A stretch of 64,000 nt of DNA. It comes from a virus. Position 1 is the stretch's first letter. Each line of letters starts with the position of its first letter. The notes under the pieces are model-generated. The model was not told the DNA's origin and did no database searches. It worked only from the letters and a program-made list of their open reading frames with translations. Shown here one piece after another: positions 1 through 9,068 of this stretch. The stretch is from positions 7,197-71,196 of the IMG/VR virus record IMGVR_UViG_3300025617_000015; one strand, given 5' to 3'. A program made the translations under genes and the position numbers.

Positions 1-668
1 TCGCAGAGTTCCACGCTGATAAGAAAGATCTTGCCGAAACTAAGGTTAAACTTGTTAGAGATAGCAAAGCCAAATTTGAAGCAATCAAAAAAGAATTTAT
101 TTCAAAATCAGCAACAGCAATTCAAGAAACAGTCTCGAAAGGACTGCGTAATGAAATTGGACAATTGAAAGAAGACATTGAGCAAGCTCGTCAGAATGAT
201 TTCGGACGCAGATTGTTTGAAAGCTTCGCTAGCGAATATGCTACTAGCTACCTTAATGAAAAAAGCGAAACATCAAAATTATTAAAAGTTGTTAAGCAAA
301 AACAAGCTGAATTAGAAGAAGCGGCAAATATTGTTGCAGAAACTAAGGAAGAGGTTAGTAGAAAAGATCAAGAAATTTCTGTAGTTAAAGAAAGCGCAAC
401 TCGTGCAATGAAGATGGCTGAATTGTTATCACCATTGTCGGGAGATAAGCGCGAAGTAATGACAGAACTTTTAGAATCTGTAAAAACAGAAAAACTAGAT
501 GCCGCATTCGACAAATACTTACCATCTGTAATGGATGGTGGAAAACCGGCGAAGAAGGCGTTAACTGAAGGCAAAGAAATAACAGGCAATAAACAATCAA
601 AGGCAATCGCCAGCGGTGAAAACAAAACCGCTGAGATATTTGACATCCGCAGGCTTGCGGGACTTTAA
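1..668 (+). CDS. prohead core scaffold protein (T4 gp22-like), 5'-truncated by the window edge
   Basis: The frame of ORF 165..668 is open back to position 3. The product is Glu/Lys-rich and coiled-coil-like, lies directly upstream of the major capsid gene, and ends IFDIRRLAGL. Confidence 0.8.
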   Translation, partial: AEFHADKKDLAETKVKLVRDSKAKFEAIKKEFISKSATAIQETVSKGLRNEIGQLKEDIEQARQNDFGRRLFESFASEYATSYLNEKSETSKLLKVVKQKQAELEEAANIVAETKEEVSRKDQEISVVKESATRAMKMAELLSPLSGDKREVMTELLESVKTEKLDAAFDKYLPSVMDGGKPAKKALTEGKEITGNKQSKAIASGENKTAEIFDIRRLAGL

Positions 669-681
669 TAGGAGAACTATA

Positions 682-1854
682 ATGTCACAATTACTCGAGT
701 CACGCTGGTCGGAAACGAAAGACGCTCTTTTAGAAGGGCTTCAGGGTAACAAACGCTCAGTTATGGACGTAACTCTAGAAAATACCCGCAAGTATTTGTC
801 AGAGAGCGCCACAGCAGGAGCAACTTCCGCCGGTAACGTAGCAACTTTAAATCGCGTCATCCTTCCAGTGATCAGACGTGTTATGCCAACAGTCATTGCA
901 AATGAACTTGTTGGTGTACAACCAATGTCAGGCCCAGTTGGGCAGATTCACACATTGCGTGTGCGTTATGCTGACGATTTCAGTTCCTCTTCGGGAACTG
1001 GTGCAACAGCTGGTGAAGAAGCACTTTCACCATTCAAGATTGCTGAAGGATATTCTGGCAACGACGACATCAAGGCAGCTTCAACAGCCGCACTTGAAGG
1101 CGCCGCTGGTAACAGAATGTCAATTCAAATCTTGAAGCAAACAGTCGAAGCGAAAACCAGAAAGCTATCAGCTCGCTGGACATTCGAAGCGGCTCAAGAT
1201 GCTCAAGCACAACAAGGCATTGACATTGAGGCAGAAATTATGGCTGCTCTTGCACAAGAGATTACAGCTGAAATTGACCAAGAAGTACTTACATCGTTAA
1301 GCACACTTGCTGGTACTGCCGCATTAACATACGACCAAGCCGCTGTATCAGGTACAGCTACCTTCGTTGGTGACGAACACGCCGCATTGGCAGTTCAGAT
1401 CAACAGAGTTAGCAACTTGATTGCTCAGCGTACACGTCGTGGCGCAGGTAACTACGCTGTTGTTTCGCCAACTGTATTAACACTTTTACAGTCTGCTACA
1501 ACTAGCGCATTTGCTCGCACTACAGAAGGTACTTTTGAAGCACCAACAAACACTAAGTTTGTAGGTACTCTTAACAGTGCTATGCGTGTATATGTAAACG
1601 GTTATGCTACATCTGATGATGTACTGATTGGTTACAAAGGTTCAAGTGAATCAGACGCACCTGCGTTCTATTGCCCATACATCCCGTTGATGTCAAGTGG
1701 CGTAGTACTTGATCCAAGCACATTCGAGCCAGTAGTTAGCTTCATGACACGTTATGGTTATGTTGAGTTAACAAACACTGCTTCGTCGCTTGGTAACGCG
1801 GCTGACTACTTAGGTAAAGTAGCTGTAACAAGCTCTAACCTACGTTTCGCGTAA
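682..1854 (+). CDS. gp23: major capsid protein (T4 gp23-like)
   Basis: gp23 motifs IRRVMPTVIANELVGVQPMSGPVGQIHTLR, VEAKTRKLSARWTFEAAQD, EITAEIDQE and FYCPYIPL..FMTRYG. Start moved to ATG 682 because of the AGGAG RBS at 670-674. Confidence 0.96.
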   Translation: MSQLLESRWSETKDALLEGLQGNKRSVMDVTLENTRKYLSESATAGATSAGNVATLNRVILPVIRRVMPTVIANELVGVQPMSGPVGQIHTLRVRYADDFSSSSGTGATAGEEALSPFKIAEGYSGNDDIKAASTAALEGAAGNRMSIQILKQTVEAKTRKLSARWTFEAAQDAQAQQGIDIEAEIMAALAQEITAEIDQEVLTSLSTLAGTAALTYDQAAVSGTATFVGDEHAALAVQINRVSNLIAQRTRRGAGNYAVVSPTVLTLLQSATTSAFARTTEGTFEAPTNTKFVGTLNSAMRVYVNGYATSDDVLIGYKGSSESDAPAFYCPYIPLMSSGVVLDPSTFEPVVSFMTRYGYVELTNTASSLGNAADYLGKVAVTSSNLRFA

Positions 1855-1872
1855 ACCAGTTACAACGTAACG

Positions 1873-1901
1873 AAAACAGGACCTTCGGGTCCTGTTTTTT
1901 T
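1873..1901 (+). terminator. rho-independent terminator with C(UUCG)G tetraloop after the capsid gene
   Basis: aaaacaggac-cttcgg-gtcctgttttttt: perfect stem, UUCG loop and U tract. Confidence 0.92.
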
Positions 1902-2000
1902 ATGACTAAATTTTAATGATTTTACGTATGACTTTTAGACACAACTATGTTTAAATAGTAATGTAGTAAATTTTTATTAACTTAATTTTAGGAGTACACT

Positions 2001-2072
2001 ATGTGGACAACACCGACAGCAACAGAGATGAGATTCGGATTCGAAGTAACACTTTATGTGATGAACCGATAG
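2001..2072 (+). CDS. pqqA: pyrroloquinoline quinone precursor peptide PqqA (not in the ORF track)
   Basis: Translates to MWTTPTATEMRFGFEVTLYVMNR* (23 aa), with the PqqA W..P...RFGFE-x3-Y signature. AGGAG RBS at 1990-1994, and a terminator on each side. Confidence 0.95.
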   Translation: MWTTPTATEMRFGFEVTLYVMNR

Positions 2073-2124
2073 TACCAGAAGTAGATATGAGCAAACTAAT
2101 AGAAACACTAGATTGCGAATAAAC

Positions 2125-2151
2125 AAAGCCCGTCACTGCGCGGGCTTTTTT
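2125..2151 (+). terminator. rho-independent terminator after pqqA
   Basis: aaagcccg-tcactgcg-cgggctttttt. Confidence 0.85.
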
Positions 2152-2158
2152 CTTATTT

Positions 2159-2166
2159 GATAAATA
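2159..2166 (+). promoter_or_regulatory. T4-type late promoter-like box (gaTAAATA)
   Basis: Resembles the T4 late -10 element TATAAATA and recurs upstream of many structural genes in this window. Confidence 0.7.
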
Positions 2167-2170
2167 CATA

Positions 2171-2253
2171 TGTCAGAAATCGTGCCGTGTACTACGGACT
2201 TATGCAGAATTGACCCACTGCGTATTACTTAGAACGTAACTTAGGAGAAACAA
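2171..2253 (+). ncRNA. candidate structured cis-regulatory leader (hairpins plus possible pseudoknot)
   Basis: Stems ccgtg/tacgg, tatgcag/ctgcgta and ttac/gtaa. Loop ttgac (2210-2214) is complementary to gtcag (2172-2176). Lies between the late promoter box and the RBS. Confidence 0.45.
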
Positions 2254-2691
2254 ATGGGACGTCCAGTTCAAAAAAGAAAAATTGGTGCAGGCGAAGCTCG
2301 CATCGAAGTAACAGCCGCTAGATTTAGCACAGGTGGTGTTGTTACCGGAAGTGATAGTGATAAACTATACATCGAAAGACAGCGTGGATCTAACAGATTC
2401 AAAATTAAACAATTAAACACAGATGCAGAAGAAGTATTAACACTAGTTGGTAAAGCTACACCTGCCGCTGGCGAGTTTTGTATTGTAGTACAAATTGATG
2501 ATACTACTGATGGAAACTTAGACGACTCTGCATTGTATTATGTTACAAAACTTCATAATAGAACAGTATCGTGTCAACCAGACGATGACGCTTCAAACAT
2601 GATCCACTTGCCTTATCAGTTAAACACTGAAGAAACAGATGAAGGCTTAGTAGGCGATGGATTTACTATTGCTAACATCGATGTACAGTAA
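2254..2691 (+). CDS. hypothetical virion-associated protein
   Basis: 145 aa, AGGAG RBS, first gene after a late promoter box in the structural region. Confidence 0.6.
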   Translation: MGRPVQKRKIGAGEARIEVTAARFSTGGVVTGSDSDKLYIERQRGSNRFKIKQLNTDAEEVLTLVGKATPAAGEFCIVVQIDDTTDGNLDDSALYYVTKLHNRTVSCQPDDDASNMIHLPYQLNTEETDEGLVGDGFTIANIDVQ

Positions 2692-2708
2692 TTAAAAGGT
2701 AGATAATC

Positions 2709-3677
2709 GTGAGTCAGTTTTTACAAGTAAACGGAGACTATGGTGTTAAAACGTCAGAAAGTGGTAAGATACTTTTTGATACAGGACCGGGTGTCGGTGA
2801 AGTAAGAGTAACAGGCAACTTAGTTGTTGAAGGTGATACTCTTACAGTTTCAGCTGAAAACTTAGATGTAAACGATAACGTTATTGTCCTTAACGCAGGA
2901 GAGACAGGGGCTGGTGTATCTTTGAGATATTCTGGTTTACAGATTGATAGGGGTTCATTAACCCCTGTCACTTTTGTGTTTGACGAAAGCACAGATGCTT
3001 TTCAAATTGCTGTAGGTTCACCTGAAGGAACGTTTAACTTTGCATCTAGTGCGCTAAAGTTAAGATCAATTTTAACTAATGCTGACACTGATGATGGAGA
3101 TTTAACTCTTATTGGGAGTGGAACTGGTGTTGTTAAGGTTTCAGGAACTCTTGCATACGAAAATCAAGTCACTGACGATGATGATGTTCCAAATAAAAAA
3201 TATGTTGATACTGCAATTAGAGACAATCCGACCTTCCAAATTCTAGATGATAATACTCGTGTTATTGTAACTGATAAAGATGTAGCTGGAAGTACAGATT
3301 ACATCTTTAATAATACCGGGTTTACAACCTTTGGACAAAGTGCTGTAAGTATTATTGTCGAAGGATCTTTAAATACTCAATTTTATTCGAACAGAGTTGA
3401 GATACAAGATTTAGAAATTGCCGGCAATCAAATTACCAACAATGATACGAATTCTAATGTTTTTATTAGAACACAAGGTACGGGACGACTACAAACTAAC
3501 TATGCGTTAGAACTAGAAGAAATTGCAGTAACACCAGCATTTGTAAGCGGTTCAACTATTTTACACGCTTGCACGCCGGGTATTGGTGGTTCGGGATTAG
3601 TGTTCGTAGGTTCTACAAACACCAATGACGAATTAGTAAGTAAAAACAAAGCAATACTTTTTAGTATGATATTTTAA
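2709..3677 (+). CDS. tail/baseplate structural protein with fibre-like beta repeats
   Basis: VTGNLVVEG..NLDVNDNVIVLN, GLQIDRG and PNKKYVD are motifs typical of fibre/baseplate proteins. Hydrophobic C-terminus. Confidence 0.65.
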   Translation: MSQFLQVNGDYGVKTSESGKILFDTGPGVGEVRVTGNLVVEGDTLTVSAENLDVNDNVIVLNAGETGAGVSLRYSGLQIDRGSLTPVTFVFDESTDAFQIAVGSPEGTFNFASSALKLRSILTNADTDDGDLTLIGSGTGVVKVSGTLAYENQVTDDDDVPNKKYVDTAIRDNPTFQILDDNTRVIVTDKDVAGSTDYIFNNTGFTTFGQSAVSIIVEGSLNTQFYSNRVEIQDLEIAGNQITNNDTNSNVFIRTQGTGRLQTNYALELEEIAVTPAFVSGSTILHACTPGIGGSGLVFVGSTNTNDELVSKNKAILFSMIF

Positions 3678-3687
3678 AGAGAAAGAC

Positions 3688-4068
3688 ATGATTAAAAGTA
3701 CACAATTAAACACAACATCAGCAGTTAATGTTCCGGAAAGAGTTTTTACAGCATCAACAAATGGAGATCCGATCGGCGGAGTAATTGTCGGTGTACAACA
3801 AGCAATAACAACTATGATTATTTGTAATACATCGGCTGTTGTTGTAACAGACGAAACATCTGGCGAAGCAGTTATTAATGTATACCTAGTTAAGTCAGGC
3901 GACACAGCTGATGCAAATAATCTTATTATCAGTAACTTAACCATACCTGCAGGTGAAACTGTATTCTTTAGCGATGAAAAAATTATTCTTGCTGAAGGTG
4001 ATCAAGTATGGATAGGTTGCGATGTTACCGGAGTTATTACTGCAACAGTAAGCAGTTTACCGGTTTAA
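3688..4068 (+). CDS. small virion beta-sandwich protein (paralog of 8353 and 22482)
   Basis: ITTMIICN...IPAGET..EKIILAEGDQV pattern shared with 8353..8685 and 22482..22802. Confidence 0.55.
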   Translation: MIKSTQLNTTSAVNVPERVFTASTNGDPIGGVIVGVQQAITTMIICNTSAVVVTDETSGEAVINVYLVKSGDTADANNLIISNLTIPAGETVFFSDEKIILAEGDQVWIGCDVTGVITATVSSLPV

Positions 4069-4077
4069 GGAGATAAC

Positions 4078-4773
4078 ATGAAGTTTCTAAAAGGACAAAA
4101 CTTATCAAAGTACAGTCCGGCAGATAATGCTCTTGCAATTAATCCGTACGGTAGAGCAGTTATGGATATTAACGGCGGACTATTGATTCCTAAAGGAACA
4201 ACTGCACAGCGTCCTTATATTACTGCTGACGTTAGACACGGCGCCGCCGGAGAAGTTGATACTAGCAAAATTGCAAACGGATATATGCGATTTAATACTG
4301 ATACTGAAGAGTTTGAAGGATACATTAACGGAAGATGGGAAACTATCCGAGCACCAGGTGCTTCGGCAGTAAGCATCGAAACATTTGGAGATAGTGACGG
4401 TACAGAAACTATTTTTGGACCGTTAGCAAATGTTCCAGCACATCAAAACAACTTGCTAGTATTTGTCGAAAACGTTTTTCAGATAGCTGGCGAAAACTTT
4501 GAAATGGTACAAAATCCAAGTTCGACAGACACTGGAGAAGAAGTACTAACTACAAACTTTATTGCTACGACAGAATATATTATAACTAATGTCGGAGACA
4601 CAGATTTTACAGCAATTGGAGCAAGCGCAAATACAGTAGGAACTGTGTTTACAGCAACAGGTGCCGGAGGCGGCACTACTGGTAGGGCAAGACCTACAGG
4701 ATATTATCTAGAGTTTTATACTTCAGTTCCATTTAGTAAATTTGTAACTGTATTATTTGGGTTTGCTAACTAA
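4078..4773 (+). CDS. tail/baseplate structural protein
   Basis: IPKGTTAQRP..GYMRFNTDTEEFEGY fibre motif and LLVFVENVFQ Ig-like baseplate motif. Confidence 0.65.
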   Translation: MKFLKGQNLSKYSPADNALAINPYGRAVMDINGGLLIPKGTTAQRPYITADVRHGAAGEVDTSKIANGYMRFNTDTEEFEGYINGRWETIRAPGASAVSIETFGDSDGTETIFGPLANVPAHQNNLLVFVENVFQIAGENFEMVQNPSSTDTGEEVLTTNFIATTEYIITNVGDTDFTAIGASANTVGTVFTATGAGGGTTGRARPTGYYLEFYTSVPFSKFVTVLFGFAN

Positions 4774-7163
4774 TGGCACAAGTAGGGCGCATCGGTGGAC
4801 ACTTATTAAAAGATCAACTTGTAAGAGATGGTATTGATCTTTCATTTAAGAATGAAATATATGATTCAACACCTATATTGTTTCTTGATGTAAGTGAAAA
4901 TAAAATTGGTATTAAAACCGATGCACCACTTTATGATTTAGATATTAGAACAGATATTAAATCTACAAATATTGAAGCAACTAGTATTGCTGAAATTGAT
5001 AATATCAGAATGATCGCTCCAAATACAATATCAACTAAAATTGGTCCGTTGTATCTTACGCCAGAACAAAATGGCGCATACTTCTTTATGAATAGAATGC
5101 AGAGCGATGACTTAGACTTTAATGATAATACAATATCTGGACTATCAAGTAATCAAAACATAGAATTTAGACCAGCCGGGACTGGAACAACTGAGCTTCA
5201 AAGTAATGTTAATGTATATGGTACACTAGGTGTCACTTCGGATATAACGCTTGACGGAAATGTTACACTTAAAGGAAACATTACATTAGGTGATGAGACA
5301 ACTGTAGATACTATTACAATTAAACCCCAGTTTGCTCAAAATTTAAATCCTGGCACTGATAATACATTAGATATAGGTTCACCGACAAATCGTTGGACTA
5401 CAGTATTCACTCCGGATCTAACACAAGTTGACAATGTTAATCCTGGAGCTGTTAAAGTGAGTGATCAAACATGGATTGATGGTATCGGAATGAAAATTCA
5501 GGGACTACAATCGGATGATGATATTATCTTAACAACAGTTGAAGTATTTGACGAAATTTCTAATCCTCAGGGTGCAGACAACGAAGACGAATTTGGATTA
5601 AAATCAACAGACAGTAATTCATTTATTGCAATTGCCGCACCGTCAGAAGATTCTACACTTAGTAATCAAGGTGTTGTATATCTTTATAATCATGATAATA
5701 ATTTGCAAAGAGCAATATCTCATCCTTCACCAGCAACTGGTGACAGGTTTGGTTCAGCTATTGGATTAGCTTCTGATGATTCTTACCTTGCAGTCGGTGC
5801 ATGGAATCAAGGGTTAGATGAAGGAGTTGTTTATATCTTTGACCCAGCAGATGGATCTTTGCAACATACTATTAGCAATCCAGACACTGATCCAACAACT
5901 CCTACTGATAATTTCGGTAACGAAGTAGTTGCTAAAACAGATTATCTTTATATTTCATCTCCTAGTGCCGACAATACTGTTACATATCCGCAAGCTGGTG
6001 CAGTATATGTTTATAATCCATCAACTGGATCTCAAGTACAATATATTTTAAATCCAGTTAGCTCTTTAGATTCTACATTCTTTGGTAGAGGAATTACTGC
6101 AAACAGTACACATTTGTTTATTGGTGCAAATTATAGAGTAGGTACAGATAAAGGAAGAATCTATGCTTACAACAAATCTACATGGACTGTAGATTACGAA
6201 ATTGCCGATCCAGTATCTGATAGTACTGGGCTTTTTAGTTTTAATAACTCTGCAAACGATACATATTTAATATCTCAACACGATACTGCTGATAGTATCT
6301 ACGTGTTTGATGCTAGCAACGGAAGCCTTTTAAGGACTATTACTGTAACTGGACAAGTATTATCAAACGGTGTTGGTGCAAAACTTGCTGGCAATGACTT
6401 TATTGTTGTTCCGACAACTAGCGATATTCAAATTTATAGAGCATCGACTGGTGTGTTAGTATCTACATATGATAGTACACAGGGAATTAACGGCGCCGAT
6501 TCAGTAACACCGATTGAAAGTGGTAGACGATTTATTAGATACAAATCTAATTTATACAATTTAGTAATTCTTAAAACTACTAAATTTACATTAGATATTG
6601 AAGACATTAATATCCGTGAAAATTATTTTGAAAATCAATTAAACACTCCAGTACAACTTAGAAATACAGGAATTGGCTACGTCAAATTTGAAGGAACGAA
6701 TGCAATAATAATTCCATACGGTCCAGATGCTGACAGGCCACCTAATCCAGAATTGGGTGATACAAGATGGAATAGTGATGAATCATATTTAGAATCATTT
6801 GCTGGAGAAGTTAATAACGTTTCATTAACATCGGCCACATTAACTGGAATTCCTGATCAAATTACATTTGTTACGGCAGCAACAAACAATCGAGGAACTG
6901 GAGTAGAATTACAAATTAATATTATTTCAGAAAGTATTGTATCAACAACAATTACTGAAGTTGGTGCCGGCTATCAACAAGGCGACACCTTAACAATATC
7001 AGGAAATCAGTTGTCAGGCGGGTCAACTCCAACTAATGATATTACTTTCACAGTAGGTGCGCAAGATAAAGACGGATATGTAATTGCCACTGGTGGCGGC
7101 GAAGAAGTAACTCAAGATATCATGGATGATTTAGGAGTTATTTACAGCCTTATACTTGCCTAA
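4773..7163 (+). CDS. tail fibre/structural protein with an inserted FG-GAP-like beta-propeller
   Basis: N-terminus paralogous to 7278. Central repeats FGxx..AIAAP..GVVYLY, FGSAI..AVGAW..GVVYIFD and FGNEV..GAVYVYN. IPYGPDADRP..GDTRWN motif near the C-terminus. Confidence 0.7.
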   Translation: MAQVGRIGGHLLKDQLVRDGIDLSFKNEIYDSTPILFLDVSENKIGIKTDAPLYDLDIRTDIKSTNIEATSIAEIDNIRMIAPNTISTKIGPLYLTPEQNGAYFFMNRMQSDDLDFNDNTISGLSSNQNIEFRPAGTGTTELQSNVNVYGTLGVTSDITLDGNVTLKGNITLGDETTVDTITIKPQFAQNLNPGTDNTLDIGSPTNRWTTVFTPDLTQVDNVNPGAVKVSDQTWIDGIGMKIQGLQSDDDIILTTVEVFDEISNPQGADNEDEFGLKSTDSNSFIAIAAPSEDSTLSNQGVVYLYNHDNNLQRAISHPSPATGDRFGSAIGLASDDSYLAVGAWNQGLDEGVVYIFDPADGSLQHTISNPDTDPTTPTDNFGNEVVAKTDYLYISSPSADNTVTYPQAGAVYVYNPSTGSQVQYILNPVSSLDSTFFGRGITANSTHLFIGANYRVGTDKGRIYAYNKSTWTVDYEIADPVSDSTGLFSFNNSANDTYLISQHDTADSIYVFDASNGSLLRTITVTGQVLSNGVGAKLAGNDFIVVPTTSDIQIYRASTGVLVSTYDSTQGINGADSVTPIESGRRFIRYKSNLYNLVILKTTKFTLDIEDINIRENYFENQLNTPVQLRNTGIGYVKFEGTNAIIIPYGPDADRPPNPELGDTRWNSDESYLESFAGEVNNVSLTSATLTGIPDQITFVTAATNNRGTGVELQINIISESIVSTTITEVGAGYQQGDTLTISGNQLSGGSTPTNDITFTVGAQDKDGYVIATGGGEEVTQDIMDDLGVIYSLILA

Positions 7164-7176
7164 ATCTTCTCTTTGG

Positions 7177-7183
7177 ATAAATA
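7177..7183 (+). promoter_or_regulatory. late promoter-like box ATAAATA
   Basis: ggATAAATAc in the intergenic gap upstream of 7278. Confidence 0.7.
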
Positions 7184-7189
7184 CATGTG

Positions 7190-7277
7190 TTAAGGAAGCC
7201 ATCCTTAATCTATTACTGTGGTCAACCCGCAACGTAAGGTGGTTGGAGGGACAGGATCCCCGGTTTAAGGAGAGCAC
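7190..7277 (+). ncRNA. candidate structured cis-regulatory leader (H-type pseudoknot-capable)
   Basis: Hairpin ttaagga/tccttaa. Stem ttac-tgtgg/ccgca-ac-gtaa whose loop tcaac is complementary to gttgg 7242-7246. Hairpin ggga/tccc before the RBS. GC-rich in an AT-rich context. Confidence 0.5.
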
Positions 7278-8348
7278 ATGGCACAGCTAGGACGAATATC
7301 CGGCCAGCTCTTAAAGGCAAATTTGGTACGTGACAACGTTCCATTATCCTTTAGGAACGAAGCTTCGGACCCAGATTTACTCTATTTAGATGTTTCTAAT
7401 GCTCGTATTGGTGTCAACAATTCATCTCCAACAACCGACCTAGATGTTACCGGAACAACAAGAACAACTACAGCAGTAGTAGATAATATACTAACTGTTG
7501 GTGATTTACATTTTACCGGAAACACGATTTCAGCAGATACACCGGAAATTAGATTTGCACCAAGTGGTTCAGATCCGGTTGTATACAATTCAAGATTACA
7601 AATAGACGATTTAGAAATTACCGGAAATGTAATTTCTACTCATGTTAGTAACTCTAACTTAGAGATTCGCCCAAGCGGCACTGGCGCTTTAGAAGTATTT
7701 TCAGATACTAATATTAACGGAAATTTATATGTTACGGGTAATATTAATGCAGACGGAAACTTAACATTAGGCGGCAACATCATTATCGGTGACGACAGTA
7801 CTGATACAATTGATTTGCAAGCTAGCATTGTTAGTAATCTTCTTCCAGAAGAAGATAATACATATTCGATAGGTACAGCAGAGTTACGCTGGTCAACAAT
7901 TCACGTAAACAATTTATATGCAGATACATTGAATCTTCCAACATTGAACATTGGAGATATAAGTGTATCTGATAATACTATTACAGCCGGAGCAGGATTA
8001 GATTTAGTAATTGATGGTTCCGGCGCAGGCGGCGTTCAGCTAGCAAACTTTAAATTTGTAGATAATACAATTACAAACGTAGTTAATAACGCCATTACAA
8101 TCATACAGCAAACAGGAACTGGTTATTTCAAGATTGATACTTCTAACGGGTTTGTTCCTCCAAGAGGTCCAGATGCTGATAGACCAACTGCGTATGCAGT
8201 TCCTGGTATGACACGTTATAACACTACTTCAAAAGCAATAGAAGTATGGGATGGCGCATCTTGGGCTTCACCGGCAGGTGCTTCAGGTGCTGTATCGGAA
8301 ATTACAGCAAATGATATTGCCGCAAGTTTCGCACTAACTTTAGGATAA
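7278..8348 (+). CDS. tail fibre/structural protein (paralog of 4773)
   Basis: MAQLGRISGQLLKANLVRD, LYLDVSNARIGVNNSSP and PPRGPDADRP..GMTRYN. AAGGAG RBS. Confidence 0.7.
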   Translation: MAQLGRISGQLLKANLVRDNVPLSFRNEASDPDLLYLDVSNARIGVNNSSPTTDLDVTGTTRTTTAVVDNILTVGDLHFTGNTISADTPEIRFAPSGSDPVVYNSRLQIDDLEITGNVISTHVSNSNLEIRPSGTGALEVFSDTNINGNLYVTGNINADGNLTLGGNIIIGDDSTDTIDLQASIVSNLLPEEDNTYSIGTAELRWSTIHVNNLYADTLNLPTLNIGDISVSDNTITAGAGLDLVIDGSGAGGVQLANFKFVDNTITNVVNNAITIIQQTGTGYFKIDTSNGFVPPRGPDADRPTAYAVPGMTRYNTTSKAIEVWDGASWASPAGASGAVSEITANDIAASFALTLG

Positions 8349-8352
8349 AAAA

Positions 8353-8685
8353 ATGCCAACAGTATTTAGACAAGCAGTAGTAACAGACATAGGAACAGAA
8401 CCAGTAGACGTGGTGCAAATTCAACCAGGCGTTAGAGCAACAGTAGTAGGTGTAAATCTTGCTAACAACTCTGATTACGATACTGTGCTTGCTGATATGT
8501 TTGTAATTGATCAAAATTCAACACAGGGAAATTATGTTAGACAACTTGCAATTCCTCCAGGAACAAGTGCTAAAGTAGTTACCAACGGTGAAAAACTAAT
8601 TTTACCAGAAACTGCTGGTATACGAATAGCGTCAGATACTGAAAACAGTATTGATGCCACAATTAGCTACGTAGAGATATCTTAA
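8353..8685 (+). CDS. small virion beta-sandwich protein (paralog of 3688 and 22482)
   Basis: TVVGVNLAN...IPPGTS..GEKLIL pattern. Confidence 0.55.
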   Translation: MPTVFRQAVVTDIGTEPVDVVQIQPGVRATVVGVNLANNSDYDTVLADMFVIDQNSTQGNYVRQLAIPPGTSAKVVTNGEKLILPETAGIRIASDTENSIDATISYVEIS

Positions 8686-8697
8686 GGAGTATATAAG

Positions 8698-9060
8698 ATG
8701 AGTAATTATTATATAGGACAAAATCCAGAAAATTCCTTAGGAGATAGTCCACGTTATTTTTATGCAATACGCAGAGGCGACAATGGACAAATGTATCTTA
8801 GAAGAGTTGATAACTTAAAAGATAAAGACAGTGTCGATGTCAACCTTCCAGGTGATCCGGCAGAAACATTTGAAGATTTCGAGCCAGGCATTGATTACTT
8901 TGAAGGAATTAACGCAGATCACGAGCAAGTATATGCTAACATGTTTTACCCACAATATAAATGGGATAATAGAAGCATTTTATACTATATTGACGATGAA
9001 GGAATGTTAGTACAAAGAATTAATCAAAATTATGATTATCCAACTGGGATATCTGAATAG
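8698..9060 (+). CDS. hypothetical structural-region protein
   Basis: 120 aa, AAGGAG RBS, in an operon with tail genes. Confidence 0.6.
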   Translation: MSNYYIGQNPENSLGDSPRYFYAIRRGDNGQMYLRRVDNLKDKDSVDVNLPGDPAETFEDFEPGIDYFEGINADHEQVYANMFYPQYKWDNRSILYYIDDEGMLVQRINQNYDYPTGISE

Positions 9061-9068
9061 GATAGAAA

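Noticed and set aside
616-681. N-terminal extension of the capsid ORF from GTG 616
   Set aside because: It overlaps the scaffold gene, and the RBS at 670-674 supports ATG 682.
2003-2122. Overlapping open frame across pqqA (39 aa from GTG 2003) and mini-ORF MSKLIETLDCE at 2087-2122
   Set aside because: No recognisable motif and no separate RBS for the mini-ORF. The pqqA frame already explains the sequence. Translation cannot be excluded.
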